This document shows, piece after piece, positions 16,913-26,524 of a DNA stretch of 47,136 bases (position 1 is its first letter; every line of letters starts with the position of its first letter). The translations under genes and the position numbers were made by a program. The stretch covers positions 1 through 47,136 of the forward strand of contig JANWZH010000001.1 in the NCBI GenBank assembly GCA_025054755.1, given 5' to 3'. A model generated the notes under the pieces. It saw nothing but the letters and a program-made list of their open reading frames with translations. It was not told the origin of the DNA and searched no databases. The DNA is from Patescibacteria group bacterium (GTDB lineage Bacteria > Patescibacteriota > Minisyncoccia > UBA6257 > 2-01-FULL-56-20).

Positions 16913-18037
16913 TTATTTTATAATTCCACCGCCAATTAATTCAAAATTATTGTTTTTATATGGTAAATATAATACAGCTGATTGTCCGGGAGCAACAAAT
17001 TTTTGCGGAGTGTCAAAAACTAACTTAATTCGTTTTTTTTGTTGTAAAAGTGTTGCTGAAAATAATGGTTGACGATAACGCAAACGACAATAAACTTTAA
17101 TATTTTTTTCGCTTAAAAATTTATTTTTATAAAAATCAGATGTAAAATTAATTTGCTCTAAGCTAATTTCTTTTTTATATAAAGCAGGGCTTTCTCCTAC
17201 TGATACAATTAAAATATTTTTTTTAAAATCTTTATCAACTACATAAAGAGGTTGGTTAAAATTTTTATTTGAATTAAAACCACTAGAACTGACGCCAATA
17301 TGTCTTTGACCGATAGTATAAAACCAAATTCCCTTATGTCTACCAATTATTTGCCCATCAGTTGTTAAAACATCTCCTGGTTTTTCTTTAATAAAATTTT
17401 TTAAAAAATCAGCAATTTTTACTTTGCCCAAAAAACAAATTCCCTGAGAATCTTTCTTATTAAAAACTAAAAGGCCAGCTTTTTTAGCTAAATCCCTTAC
17501 TTCAGTTTTCAAATAATTTCCAATCGGAAATAAAGCATTCTTAATTTGATTTTGATTAAGCATCCATAAAAAATAAGATTGATCTTTTGATAGATCTTTA
17601 GCTTGAATTAATTTTTCAAAATTTAAACTTTTATTCTTAATTTTTTTAACATAATGTCCAGTAGCAACAAAATCTGCTCCTAAATCTTTAGCTTTTTTTA
17701 AAAATAATCCAAATTTAATTTGTTTGTTACAAAAAACATCAGGATTAGGAGTTAACCCTTGTTTATAAGTTTGAATCATGTAATCTACTACTTCTTTTTT
17801 ATATTCTTTTTCAAAATTCCAAACATAAAAAGGAATTTTTAATTGTTCAGCTACTCTACGGGCATCTTCTGAATCTTTTTCCCACGGACAATCAACTAAA
17901 TCCGTATTTGACCAAGAACGAATAAAAATTCCTACCACATTAAAACCTCTTTTTTTCAAAAGCATTGCCGCTACAGAACTATCAACCCCACCAGACATCC
18001 CAACAAAAACTAATTGTTTTTTTCTAATTTGATTCAT
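16913..18037 (-). CDS. mnmA: tRNA 2-thiouridine(34) synthase MnmA
   Basis: PP-loop VGMSGGVDSSVAA, then ATGHY and DQSYFL motifs. Confidence 0.93.
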   Translation of the reverse strand: MNQIRKKQLVFVGMSGGVDSSVAAMLLKKRGFNVVGIFIRSWSNTDLVDCPWEKDSEDARRVAEQLKIPFYVWNFEKEYKKEVVDYMIQTYKQGLTPNPDVFCNKQIKFGLFLKKAKDLGADFVATGHYVKKIKNKSLNFEKLIQAKDLSKDQSYFLWMLNQNQIKNALFPIGNYLKTEVRDLAKKAGLLVFNKKDSQGICFLGKVKIADFLKNFIKEKPGDVLTTDGQIIGRHKGIWFYTIGQRHIGVSSSGFNSNKNFNQPLYVVDKDFKKNILIVSVGESPALYKKEISLEQINFTSDFYKNKFLSEKNIKVYCRLRYRQPLFSATLLQQKKRIKLVFDTPQKFVAPGQSAVLYLPYKNNNFELIGGGIIK

Positions 18038-18135
18038 AAAATAAAATCATAATACAAATAAAATAATAAAAAAATAAATTAAAATACCATCTTAATTTCT
18101 TCCATTTTTTTAAAAAATCATATAAATTAATTTAT

Positions 18136-19224
18136 ATGAAAATACTAGCTATTGAAACATCTTGCGATGAAACATCGCTTGCTTTAATTAAATCCAAACA
18201 AGACAAAAAATCAAATTTGCCAAAATTTAAAATTTTAAAAAATCTAATTTCTTCTCAAATAAAAATACATCAAGCTTTTGGCGGAGTCGTTCCAAATCTA
18301 GCTAAAAGAGAACATTTAAAAAATCTGCCCATTTTATTTAAAAAACTTAGCAAAGAAAATTTAAATTCTAAATCAACAAAATTAAAAAATTTTTTAAAAT
18401 CAATCAATATATTAACCGTAACTATTGGCCCTGGTCTTGAGCCAGCTCTTTGGACTGGAATAAATTTTACAAAAGAAATCATAAATCAATACAAAACTTT
18501 AAAAATTCCAAAACCTAAAATTATTGGTTCAAATCATTTACTTGGCCACTTATATAGTTTTTTATTAGACCCTAAAATTACTAAAAATAAAATTAAATCT
18601 GAAAAAGAAATTTTTCCAGCTATAGCTTTAATTGTTAGCGGTGGACATACTATTTTAATTTTAATGGAATCACTTTTTAAATATAAAAAACTTGGTGAAA
18701 CAAGAGATGATGCTTGCGGAGAAAGTTTCGATAAAGTTGCGCGAATGCTTAATTTGCCATACCCAGGAGGGCCACAAATAGAAAAAATTGCTCAATTTGG
18801 AAATAATAAAGCTATTCAATTTCCTAGGCCAATGATAAATGAAAAAAATTATGATTTTAGTTTTTCTGGTTTAAAAACTTCTGTTTTTTATTTTTTAAGA
18901 AATTATAAAACAATTGATTCTCAAACTAAAAATGATATTGCAGCGTCTTTTCAACAAGCAGCTTTTGATGTTTTAATCAAAAAAACTTTTCGAGCCGCAA
19001 ACGAATTTGGCGCTAAATCAATTATGCTTTCTGGAGGAGTATCTGCAAACAAAACCCTAAGAAATCAATTTTCTAGATTATGCCGAAATGAAAAAAAGTT
19101 GTTTTTTGTTCCACCTTTTGTATATAATACAGATAACGCTGTAATGATTGCTATTTCAGCTTTTATTTTAAATCAAAAAAATAAAAATTATAGATTAATT
19201 GCAAGGGGCGATTTAAATATTTAA
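18136..19224 (+). CDS. tsaD: tRNA N6-adenosine threonylcarbamoyltransferase TsaD (Kae1/OSGEP family)
   Basis: MKILAIETSCDETS, GESFDKVARMLNLPYPGGP, LSGGVSAN. Confidence 0.92.
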   Translation: MKILAIETSCDETSLALIKSKQDKKSNLPKFKILKNLISSQIKIHQAFGGVVPNLAKREHLKNLPILFKKLSKENLNSKSTKLKNFLKSINILTVTIGPGLEPALWTGINFTKEIINQYKTLKIPKPKIIGSNHLLGHLYSFLLDPKITKNKIKSEKEIFPAIALIVSGGHTILILMESLFKYKKLGETRDDACGESFDKVARMLNLPYPGGPQIEKIAQFGNNKAIQFPRPMINEKNYDFSFSGLKTSVFYFLRNYKTIDSQTKNDIAASFQQAAFDVLIKKTFRAANEFGAKSIMLSGGVSANKTLRNQFSRLCRNEKKLFFVPPFVYNTDNAVMIAISAFILNQKNKNYRLIARGDLNI

Positions 19225-19228
19225 TTTT

Positions 19229-21337
19229 ATGGAACCGCGCTACGAACCAAAACAAATAGAAGAAAAAATATACGAATTATGGCTAAAATCAAAATATTTC
19301 AATCCTGATAAACTACCTCAAGCTAAAAATAAAAAAGCTAAAAATTATATTGTTTACATGCCCCTGCCAAATGTTACTGGGACATTACATATGGGGCATG
19401 TTTTAGATAATACATTACAAGATATTTTAATTCGCTTTTATCGACTTTTAGGATATAAAACTTTATGGCTCCCAGGGACAGACCATGCAGGAATAGCAAC
19501 TCAATATGTAGTTGAAAAAGAACTTAAAAAACAAGGTTTGTCACGTTTTGATTTAGGGCGAGAAAAATTTATTGAAAAAGTTTGGGAATGGAAAGAAAAA
19601 TATGGAACAATTATTTTAGATCAGTTAAAAAAACTAGGATGCTTACCTGACTGGTCCAGAAATCGTTTTACAATGGATTCAGCTTATGCTCAAGATGTTA
19701 TAAATGCTTTTATAAATTATTATAAACAAGGATTAATTTATCAAGATATTAAAACTGTTAACTGGTGTCCAAGATGTCATACTTCTTTATCTGATTTAGA
19801 ATTAGAATATAAAGAAGAAAACGCTAATCTTTATTATATTAAATATGATAACGATGTTATTGTAGCAACTACTAGACCAGAAACAATGCTTGGCGATACA
19901 GCAGTAGCAGTTAACTCAAAAGATGAAAGATATAAACATTTAATTGGCAAAACAATAAATCTGCCACTTACTGAACGCAATATTCCAATTATTGCTGATA
20001 AAAAAATTGATCCATCATTTGGAACTGGAATGGTTAAAGTTACTCCAGCGCATGATTTATTAGATTTTGAAATTGCAAAACGACATGATCTAGAAACTAT
20101 TCAAGTTATTGATGATTTTGGAAGAATGAATGAAAATGCTAAAGAATTTGCTGGCCTTAAAACATTAGAAGCTAGAGAAAAAATAGTTCAAAAATTACAG
20201 AGCGAAAATTTAATTATTAAAATTGAACCATACAACCACCGTATTTCAACTTGCTATAGATGCGGCACAAATATTGAACCAATTCCTTCAAAACAATGGT
20301 TTTTAAAAATGAATGATTTAGCTAAAAAAGCTATTTTGGCAGTAAAAAATAAAAAAGTTAAAATTATACCTAAAAATTTCGAAAAAATATATTTTAATTG
20401 GCTAGAAAATATTTTAGATTGGACATTATCTAGACAAATTTGGTGGGGGCATCGCCTGCCTGTTTATTATTGCCAAATTAACAAAGAAAAATATATTGTT
20501 TCTGAAAAACAACCAACTAAATGCCCATTTTGTAAAAATTGTAAAATGATTCAATCTGAAGATGTGTTAGATACTTGGTTTTCATCTGCGCTTTGGCCAT
20601 TTGCTGGCCTTTCTAAATCCGATTTAAAAAAATATTATCCAGGCAATACCTTAATTACCGCTCGAGATATTTTAAATCTTTGGGTAACAAGAATGATTTT
20701 TTCTGGAATAGAATTTATGGGCAAACCTCCATTTAAAAACGTATTTATTCATGGAACAATTTTAACTAAGGATGGCCAAAGAATGTCTAAATCTAAAGGA
20801 ACAGGAATTGATCCATTAATTTATATTAATCAATATGGAGCAGACGCTACTCGTTTTGGAATAATTTGGCAAGCTTTTGGCCAAGACATCCGCTGGGATG
20901 AAAATGCTGTTGTTGCTGGATCAAAATTTGCCAATAAAATTTGGAATGCAGCTCGATTTATTTATTATAAATTAGACAAAAAAATACTAAAAACAAAACA
21001 CAATAAGCCAAAACCAAAAACTAAAGATGATAAAAATATCTTAACTCAACTTAATCAGACCAAAAAAAATATTTCTAAAAATTTAAATGATTTTAAATTT
21101 AGCAGGGCCTTAAAAGAAATTTATGATTTCTTTTGGCATAAATTTTGTGATATTTATATTGAAAAATCTAAAAAACAAATTGATGACCCAAAATTAAATC
21201 AAAATACTCAAAAAATTTTAATTTATGTTTTAATTGAATCTTTAAAAATGATTCATCCTTTTATGCCTTTTGTCACCGAAGCAATTTATCAAAAATTTAA
21301 TAATAAAAAACTACTTTTAATTGAAAATTGGAATTAA
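19229..21337 (+). CDS. valS: valine--tRNA ligase, short form lacking the C-terminal coiled-coil
   Basis: PNVTGTLHMGH (HIGH), TTRPETMLGDTAVAV (editing domain), KMSKSKG. The protein ends shortly after the anticodon-binding helices at 702 aa. Confidence 0.93.
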   Translation: MEPRYEPKQIEEKIYELWLKSKYFNPDKLPQAKNKKAKNYIVYMPLPNVTGTLHMGHVLDNTLQDILIRFYRLLGYKTLWLPGTDHAGIATQYVVEKELKKQGLSRFDLGREKFIEKVWEWKEKYGTIILDQLKKLGCLPDWSRNRFTMDSAYAQDVINAFINYYKQGLIYQDIKTVNWCPRCHTSLSDLELEYKEENANLYYIKYDNDVIVATTRPETMLGDTAVAVNSKDERYKHLIGKTINLPLTERNIPIIADKKIDPSFGTGMVKVTPAHDLLDFEIAKRHDLETIQVIDDFGRMNENAKEFAGLKTLEAREKIVQKLQSENLIIKIEPYNHRISTCYRCGTNIEPIPSKQWFLKMNDLAKKAILAVKNKKVKIIPKNFEKIYFNWLENILDWTLSRQIWWGHRLPVYYCQINKEKYIVSEKQPTKCPFCKNCKMIQSEDVLDTWFSSALWPFAGLSKSDLKKYYPGNTLITARDILNLWVTRMIFSGIEFMGKPPFKNVFIHGTILTKDGQRMSKSKGTGIDPLIYINQYGADATRFGIIWQAFGQDIRWDENAVVAGSKFANKIWNAARFIYYKLDKKILKTKHNKPKPKTKDDKNILTQLNQTKKNISKNLNDFKFSRALKEIYDFFWHKFCDIYIEKSKKQIDDPKLNQNTQKILIYVLIESLKMIHPFMPFVTEAIYQKFNNKKLLLIENWN

Positions 21338-21888
21338 TTTTTTTGATAAATAAATAATTTTTCAAAATTAGGATCTGAAATATTTTCCCACGTATTTACA
21401 ATTTCTTTAGGCTGCCAATTTGAAAAAAAAGAAGTATTCGTTATAACTATTGCTCCTGATTTTAATTCTTTTCGTAATTTTGTTTCTAAAATAGGCATTA
21501 AATCGTACCATAAATAAGTATAAACAATATCAGCCTTACTTAAATCTAAATCAAAAATGTTTTTATTTATAAAATTAATTTTTTTTCTAAAAATTAAAGA
21601 TTTTAATTTAGAAATAAATATTCTAAATTTATTTTTATCAACACCATAAACATTTAAATTTGGAAATTCTTTTTTAATTTTTAAAACCACCTTGCCCCGA
21701 CCACATCCTAAATCATAAAAATTTGAAGCTTGAGGATTATACTTTTTAATTATTTCTATAACTTTTAAAATAGCTTTATTAGAAGTTGGCAAATCATGAC
21801 TAAAAATTAAATTATCTAAAGCAAAAATAATAAAAAACAAATATAATAAAAAAATAATAATTAAAAATATAAATAATAACCAAATCAT
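21334..21888 (-). CDS. membrane-anchored class I SAM-dependent methyltransferase
   Basis: N-terminal TM segment (IWLLFIFLIIIFLLYLFFIIF) plus motif I FYDLGCGRGKVVL. Its start overlaps the upstream stop in ATGA. Confidence 0.7.
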   Translation of the reverse strand: MIWLLFIFLIIIFLLYLFFIIFALDNLIFSHDLPTSNKAILKVIEIIKKYNPQASNFYDLGCGRGKVVLKIKKEFPNLNVYGVDKNKFRIFISKLKSLIFRKKINFINKNIFDLDLSKADIVYTYLWYDLMPILETKLRKELKSGAIVITNTSFFSNWQPKEIVNTWENISDPNFEKLFIYQKN

Positions 21889-23069
21889 AAATAATATTTT
21901 TTAAAAAAATTATACATTGATTCTAAAATATCATTTTCAGCATCAATAGCATGCAACTCAATTGATGGCAATGTATTTAATTCTAAAATACCACATCTTT
22001 GATTTTTCCAAGAATTTTCAATGTTTTCGATCATAAAATCAATTCCAACTAACTTAATATTAAATAATTTAGAAATATTTAAAAATAATTCCTTATTATC
22101 TGAATGCATTTTAAGACTATAATCTTTTAAATCTCCTCCTAATCTTAAAAACGGATCTTTTTGTAAATAAATAATCTCTCCTTTTTGGGGGATATCTTTG
22201 AAAGTATAGCCTTTTTGATTTAATAATTCTTTAGTTGTTTCATTTATTAAAATTTTATATAAAATAAAATTTTTATCATGAGGTTTCCCGCGTAAAGGAT
22301 CATTATTTTTTTGTTTAATTAATTCTTCAATGCTTAATTTGCCGTCGCCAACTATATTAGCTGGAATTTGTTTAACACAAAAAACATCTTGATTATCAAT
22401 CACTGTTGCTCTAAAAACAAAGGCTGGATAAATAAATTCTTCAATAATAAAACTTGGAGAATATTCTAATGCTTTTAAAATACCTTTTAACAAATCTTTT
22501 TCATTAAAAATATTTGTTGTAACATGTCTGGCAACAGATCCTCTAACTGGCTTAACAACTAATGGAAAGCCAATTTTTTTGCCATATTCTAATGCCTTAT
22601 TTTTTTGCCAAAACCAAAAAATTTTTCCTTTTGGCACTGGAAAATTATTCTTAATTAATTGTTTTTTAATATAATCTTTATGATCAATTAAATTAATTTT
22701 ATAATTAAGTTGATCTGGAGTTGGAAGACCATAAAAATTAATTTCTTTATCTTTATTTTTAATTTTAAAATGATTAGTATAACCAAAAATACTTTTTCCA
22801 ATAAAAATAGAATAATTTTCCAAAATTAATTTATTAATAAATAATTTAGAACGCAAAGAAATATTTAATTGACTAACATTTTCAATTTTTTCATATTTTA
22901 ATAATTTAAATAATAAAAAAATTTTTTCTAACAAGTAATCAAAAAAATTTACAAATTTTGTCGAAAGTTTAATTGGGGGCAAAAGCGACAAAAAATCATC
23001 AACCCAGCTTTCGAAATGAACAATCTTTTTGTGTCCACAATCAAAACAATATTCTTGAAAAAAACCCAT
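21885..23069 (-). CDS. ATP-grasp enzyme resembling the cyanophycin synthetase ATP-grasp domain / RimK family
   Basis: GFPLVVKPVRGSVARHVTTNI and GILELNTLPSIELH resemble the CphA G-domain motifs (PVVIKP.DGNHGRG, EVNAAPG.RMH) as recalled from memory. No Mur-ligase-like domain is present. Confidence 0.6.
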   Translation of the reverse strand: MGFFQEYCFDCGHKKIVHFESWVDDFLSLLPPIKLSTKFVNFFDYLLEKIFLLFKLLKYEKIENVSQLNISLRSKLFINKLILENYSIFIGKSIFGYTNHFKIKNKDKEINFYGLPTPDQLNYKINLIDHKDYIKKQLIKNNFPVPKGKIFWFWQKNKALEYGKKIGFPLVVKPVRGSVARHVTTNIFNEKDLLKGILKALEYSPSFIIEEFIYPAFVFRATVIDNQDVFCVKQIPANIVGDGKLSIEELIKQKNNDPLRGKPHDKNFILYKILINETTKELLNQKGYTFKDIPQKGEIIYLQKDPFLRLGGDLKDYSLKMHSDNKELFLNISKLFNIKLVGIDFMIENIENSWKNQRCGILELNTLPSIELHAIDAENDILESMYNFFKKYYL

Positions 23070-23083
23070 TTTTATATTATAAT
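23055..23083 (+). promoter_or_regulatory. tmRNA promoter
   Basis: TTGAAA (23055-23060), N17, TATAAT (23078-23083). The mature 5' end lies 12 nt downstream. Confidence 0.6.
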
Positions 23084-23094
23084 TTATTTTAGTT

Positions 23095-23440
23095 GGGGAT
23101 GAAAGGTTTCGATGGAATAAAAGTAAAAAACCAGCGAGCCGAGCTGGAATCTCGACCTTTTAGGTAAAACTTCCAAAAACAACAACTGCCAACCAAAGAG
23201 TTGCAGCTCCAAGCTTTGCTTTTGCATAAGCTTGGGATCAGCCAAATCTTGCCTTTCGGATTTGAGTCTGGTCTTATATTAGAAAGGCTCGCTTAAATAT
23301 TTTAGCGTTTTAATATTTAAGCTAAATTAAATAAACGCTAACCTTTATGGTTAATTTGTCCTTTTATTTAAAAGGACTACGCTCGTAGAAGGTTTTTTAC
23401 AATTATTTCCAGACGCGGGTTCAAATCCCGCCATCTCCAC
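23095..23440 (+). ncRNA. ssrA: tmRNA (SsrA)
   Basis: The 5' GGGGAUG pairs with the 3' CAUCUCC, including a G3.U pair, followed by discriminator A. The T-arm is GCGGG-UUCAAAU-CCCGC. The tag ORF GCC AAC CAA AGA GUU GCA GCU CCA AGC UUU GCU UUU GCA UAA (23188-23229) encodes ANQRVAAPSFAFA. The stop codon sits in a CCAAGCUU/AAGCUUGG hairpin. Confidence 0.92.
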
Positions 23441-23492
23441 AAATTAAATATAGAAAAATAAATTATAAAAACATTATTAAATTCTTAAATTT

Positions 23493-24263
23493 TTAATTAG
23501 ATTTTTTGAAAATAATACTTATTAAAAATATAAAAGCTCCACAAATAACTATTAATGGACCAGGTTGTAAATTAAATTTTTGACCTAAAAGTATTCCAAA
23601 AATAGTAATAATTGTGCCAAAAAAAATAGAAAATAATTTATATTGAATTAAAGATTTATTTAAATTTTTAGAAATTGCAGCTGGAATAGCAATTAAAGCC
23701 GCAGTAATCAATCCTCCAACCAAATAAACTCCTATACTTACAGTTAAAGCAATACTTAATAAATATAAAAAATTATAAAAATTTATATTGATTTCGCTTA
23801 CAACAGCTAAATCTTCTGAAACATTTAAGAGCAGAGTTTTATTATAAATTTTAAAAACAATTCCAAAAATAATTAAGCTAATTAAAATAACAAAAATTGT
23901 CTCATAAAAACTAATATTTAAAATATTTCCAACTAAAGCTTCTTCTGCTTCTTCTATTGGCAAAATTAAAAGAGCAACTCCAATGCTTGAAGCAAATAAA
24001 ATTGCAGCTAAATTTTCAATTGGCAATTTTGTTTTTCTTTCTAAAAGCCAAATAATTAAAGCTCCTAAAATTGTAAAAGGAAAAACTCCTAAAAACAAAT
24101 CAAAGCCATAAATTATTGCTAAAGCCGCGCCAGGCAATGCTAAATGCGCAACTGGTTCAGCAATAACCGACATTTTTCTAGAAAGCATTAAAGTACCTAA
24201 ATAAGCTGCAATTCCTGAAATAAAAACTCCACTAATTAAACTTAAAACTAATTGATTATTCAT
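23493..24263 (-). CDS. metal (Zn/Mn/Fe-type, ABC-3 family) ABC transporter permease
   Basis: 256-aa polytopic membrane protein immediately downstream of the ATPase. The ZnuB/MntB/TroC-like layout is a family-level call only. Confidence 0.75.
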   Translation of the reverse strand: MNNQLVLSLISGVFISGIAAYLGTLMLSRKMSVIAEPVAHLALPGAALAIIYGFDLFLGVFPFTILGALIIWLLERKTKLPIENLAAILFASSIGVALLILPIEEAEEALVGNILNISFYETIFVILISLIIFGIVFKIYNKTLLLNVSEDLAVVSEININFYNFLYLLSIALTVSIGVYLVGGLITAALIAIPAAISKNLNKSLIQYKLFSIFFGTIITIFGILLGQKFNLQPGPLIVICGAFIFLISIIFKKSN

Positions 24264-24264
24264 T

Positions 24265-24960
24265 TTAATGTTTATAAAATTTTAATTCCATTCCAAACAT
24301 TGCTTCTAAAGCTTGGGGAGTCAAAGCCTTAGCTGGTGGGCCAAAGCAAATATGACCCTTTTTACCTAAACATAAAACTTTATCTGCTAATCCATAAACA
24401 ATATTTAAATCATGGGTTACTAAAACAATTGTTAAATTTTTATCTTGTTTAATTTTATAAAGCAAAGAATAAATTGTCTCTCCCCCACCAATATCAATTC
24501 CAGTTGTTGGTTCATCAAAAAAAATTACTTCTGGATTATCAATTAAAGACCAAGCAATTAAAATTCTTTGAAATTGACCAGTTGATAAATTGCCAATTGA
24601 TTTATTTAATATATCTTTATCTAAGCCAACTAATTTTAAAACATTAATAATTTCATCTTCTTTAAATTTTTTATTTTTTAAATTAAAAAAATCTTTTACC
24701 GTAATCGGCAAATTCTTGAAAAATAATTGATTTAATCCTTGAGGTAAATAACTTATTTTAAATTTGTTAGCCCAAATAACTTGTCCATTATATGGCAAAA
24801 TTCCTAAAATAGTTTTTAATAAAACACTTTTGCCTGCACCATTTGGGCCTAAAATAATTAAAATTTCTCCTTGATTTAAAGTAAAAGAAATATTATCTAA
24901 AATTTTTTCATTATCAAGGAAAACATTTAAATTTTTGACCTCTAAAATTTTTTGTATCAT
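24265..24960 (-). CDS. metal ABC transporter ATP-binding protein
   Basis: Walker A GPNGAGKS, signature LSTGQFQR, Walker B IFFDEPTTGID, H-loop VTHD. Confidence 0.88.
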   Translation of the reverse strand: MIQKILEVKNLNVFLDNEKILDNISFTLNQGEILIILGPNGAGKSVLLKTILGILPYNGQVIWANKFKISYLPQGLNQLFFKNLPITVKDFFNLKNKKFKEDEIINVLKLVGLDKDILNKSIGNLSTGQFQRILIAWSLIDNPEVIFFDEPTTGIDIGGGETIYSLLYKIKQDKNLTIVLVTHDLNIVYGLADKVLCLGKKGHICFGPPAKALTPQALEAMFGMELKFYKH

Positions 24961-25030
24961 TAATTATCTTAAATATTATAAACATTATTTTAAAACTTGC
25001 AAAATAAAAATGTTCATTTATTATAAAACT

Positions 25031-25420
25031 ATGAATCAAAAAAATAAAATTATTGTTATTGGTCTTTTATTATTAACTTTTATTATTTTAACAATTGGCG
25101 CAATACTTAAAAAATCAACGCTTTCTGTTACTGGACAAAATACTTTTGAAAACAACAAATTAATTTTATATTATGGCGAAGGTTGCCCACATTGCGCTAT
25201 TGTTGAAAATTATCTTAAATCAAATCAGCTCAAAATTGGACTAGAACAAAAAGAAGTATATTATAATCAAAATAATCAAAAAGATTTAATTTCTAAAGCT
25301 AAAATTTGTAATATCCCTCAAAATCAAATTGGTATCCCATTTTTATGGACTGGTCAAAATTGTATTGTTGGTGACCAACCAATTATAGATTATTTTAAAA
25401 AACTCAATCAAAATCCTTAA
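25031..25420 (+). CDS. membrane-anchored thioredoxin/glutaredoxin-fold protein (CPHC active site)
   Basis: Start set to ATG 25031 (MNQKNKIIVIGLLLLTFIILTIGAIL is a signal anchor). YYGEGCPHCAIVENYLK is a Trx-fold CxxC site. The track ORF starts at 24935. Confidence 0.7.
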   Translation: MNQKNKIIVIGLLLLTFIILTIGAILKKSTLSVTGQNTFENNKLILYYGEGCPHCAIVENYLKSNQLKIGLEQKEVYYNQNNQKDLISKAKICNIPQNQIGIPFLWTGQNCIVGDQPIIDYFKKLNQNP

Positions 25421-25429
25421 AATTAAAAA

Positions 25430-25936
25430 ATGATTAAACCTAAATTAAAAATTTTAATTGTTTTAAACATTGTTTTATTTAGTATTAAAAAAACATTAGC
25501 AGTTTGTCCATTGTGCGTCATAGCTGTTGCTGGCGGATTAGAACTTTCCAGACTACTAAAAATTGATGATCTTATTACTGGCTTATGGGTTGGAGGATTA
25601 ATAGTCGCTTTAATTTATTGGACAATAGATTTTCTAATTAAAAAAAATATAAATTTTAAATTTAGAAATTTATTAATTATTTTAATTTGGTATGCTTTTG
25701 TTGGCGTAGGAATATATTTTGCAAAAATTAATTCAGAAATTTTATTAAATTTGCAGTTTTTAAATAAATTAAATTTAGGAATTATTTTAGGCAGTTTAGC
25801 TTTTTGGTTTGGAGCAGAAACTCATCAATTTTTAAAACAAAAAAATAATAAATCTTATTTTCCATTTCAAAAGGTCGTCATGCCAATAATACCAATTTTA
25901 ATTTTAAGTATTATTTTTTATATTTTATTAAAATAA
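25430..25936 (+). CDS. polytopic membrane protein with an N-terminal CPLC motif, unknown family
   Basis: About 4-5 hydrophobic segments. The only two cysteines form CPLC at the edge of the first segment (LAVCPLCVIAVAGG). Confidence 0.55.
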   Translation: MIKPKLKILIVLNIVLFSIKKTLAVCPLCVIAVAGGLELSRLLKIDDLITGLWVGGLIVALIYWTIDFLIKKNINFKFRNLLIILIWYAFVGVGIYFAKINSEILLNLQFLNKLNLGIILGSLAFWFGAETHQFLKQKNNKSYFPFQKVVMPIIPILILSIIFYILLK

Positions 25937-25939
25937 ACA

Positions 25940-26524
25940 ATGGATGAACAAAAATTAAATCAAAAAATTAATGACTTTATTCAAAAAATTGAAAAATCAA
26001 AAAGGGAAGATAAAATGGATTTATCCTCTAATCAAGATTTAAGTATTGCTATAATGAATTTAATTAGTATTGAAGAGCATTTCTTTTTTACTGGAGCTAA
26101 AACAGGTAAAACAGCTTATTATGATTTAATTAAAGAAGTTCGCGAAATTCGTAAAGAACTTTTAAAAAAAATAGTAAAAGATTATGAAGGCGAAGTTTGG
26201 TGTATTTCTAAACATTTATTAGCAGCTAGTTATCGTTTAATGGAAGTTGGAACAAAAAAATTAGGTGAAAACAAAAATCAAGAAGCTTATGATTTATTTG
26301 ATAAAGCTTACTTATTATATTCAATATTTTGGGGAATTAATTTAAAAATTTTAGATATTTCTGATATTAAAAAAATTGATGATGGAGCTTTAAATAAACA
26401 CGACAATGAAAAAACTTTAGAAAAAATAACTGAAACTAATTCTAATTTAGATAATGAACCTTCTGGAGCTTTTGATAAATTAAAAAAATTAATTAAAAAA
26501 GCAATTGATTGTTGTATTGAATAA
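25940..26524 (+). CDS. hypothetical soluble helical protein ending in CCIE
   Basis: 194-aa ORF, 3 nt after the previous stop, with no TM segment and no family recognised. Confidence 0.5.
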   Translation: MDEQKLNQKINDFIQKIEKSKREDKMDLSSNQDLSIAIMNLISIEEHFFFTGAKTGKTAYYDLIKEVREIRKELLKKIVKDYEGEVWCISKHLLAASYRLMEVGTKKLGENKNQEAYDLFDKAYLLYSIFWGINLKILDISDIKKIDDGALNKHDNEKTLEKITETNSNLDNEPSGAFDKLKKLIKKAIDCCIE

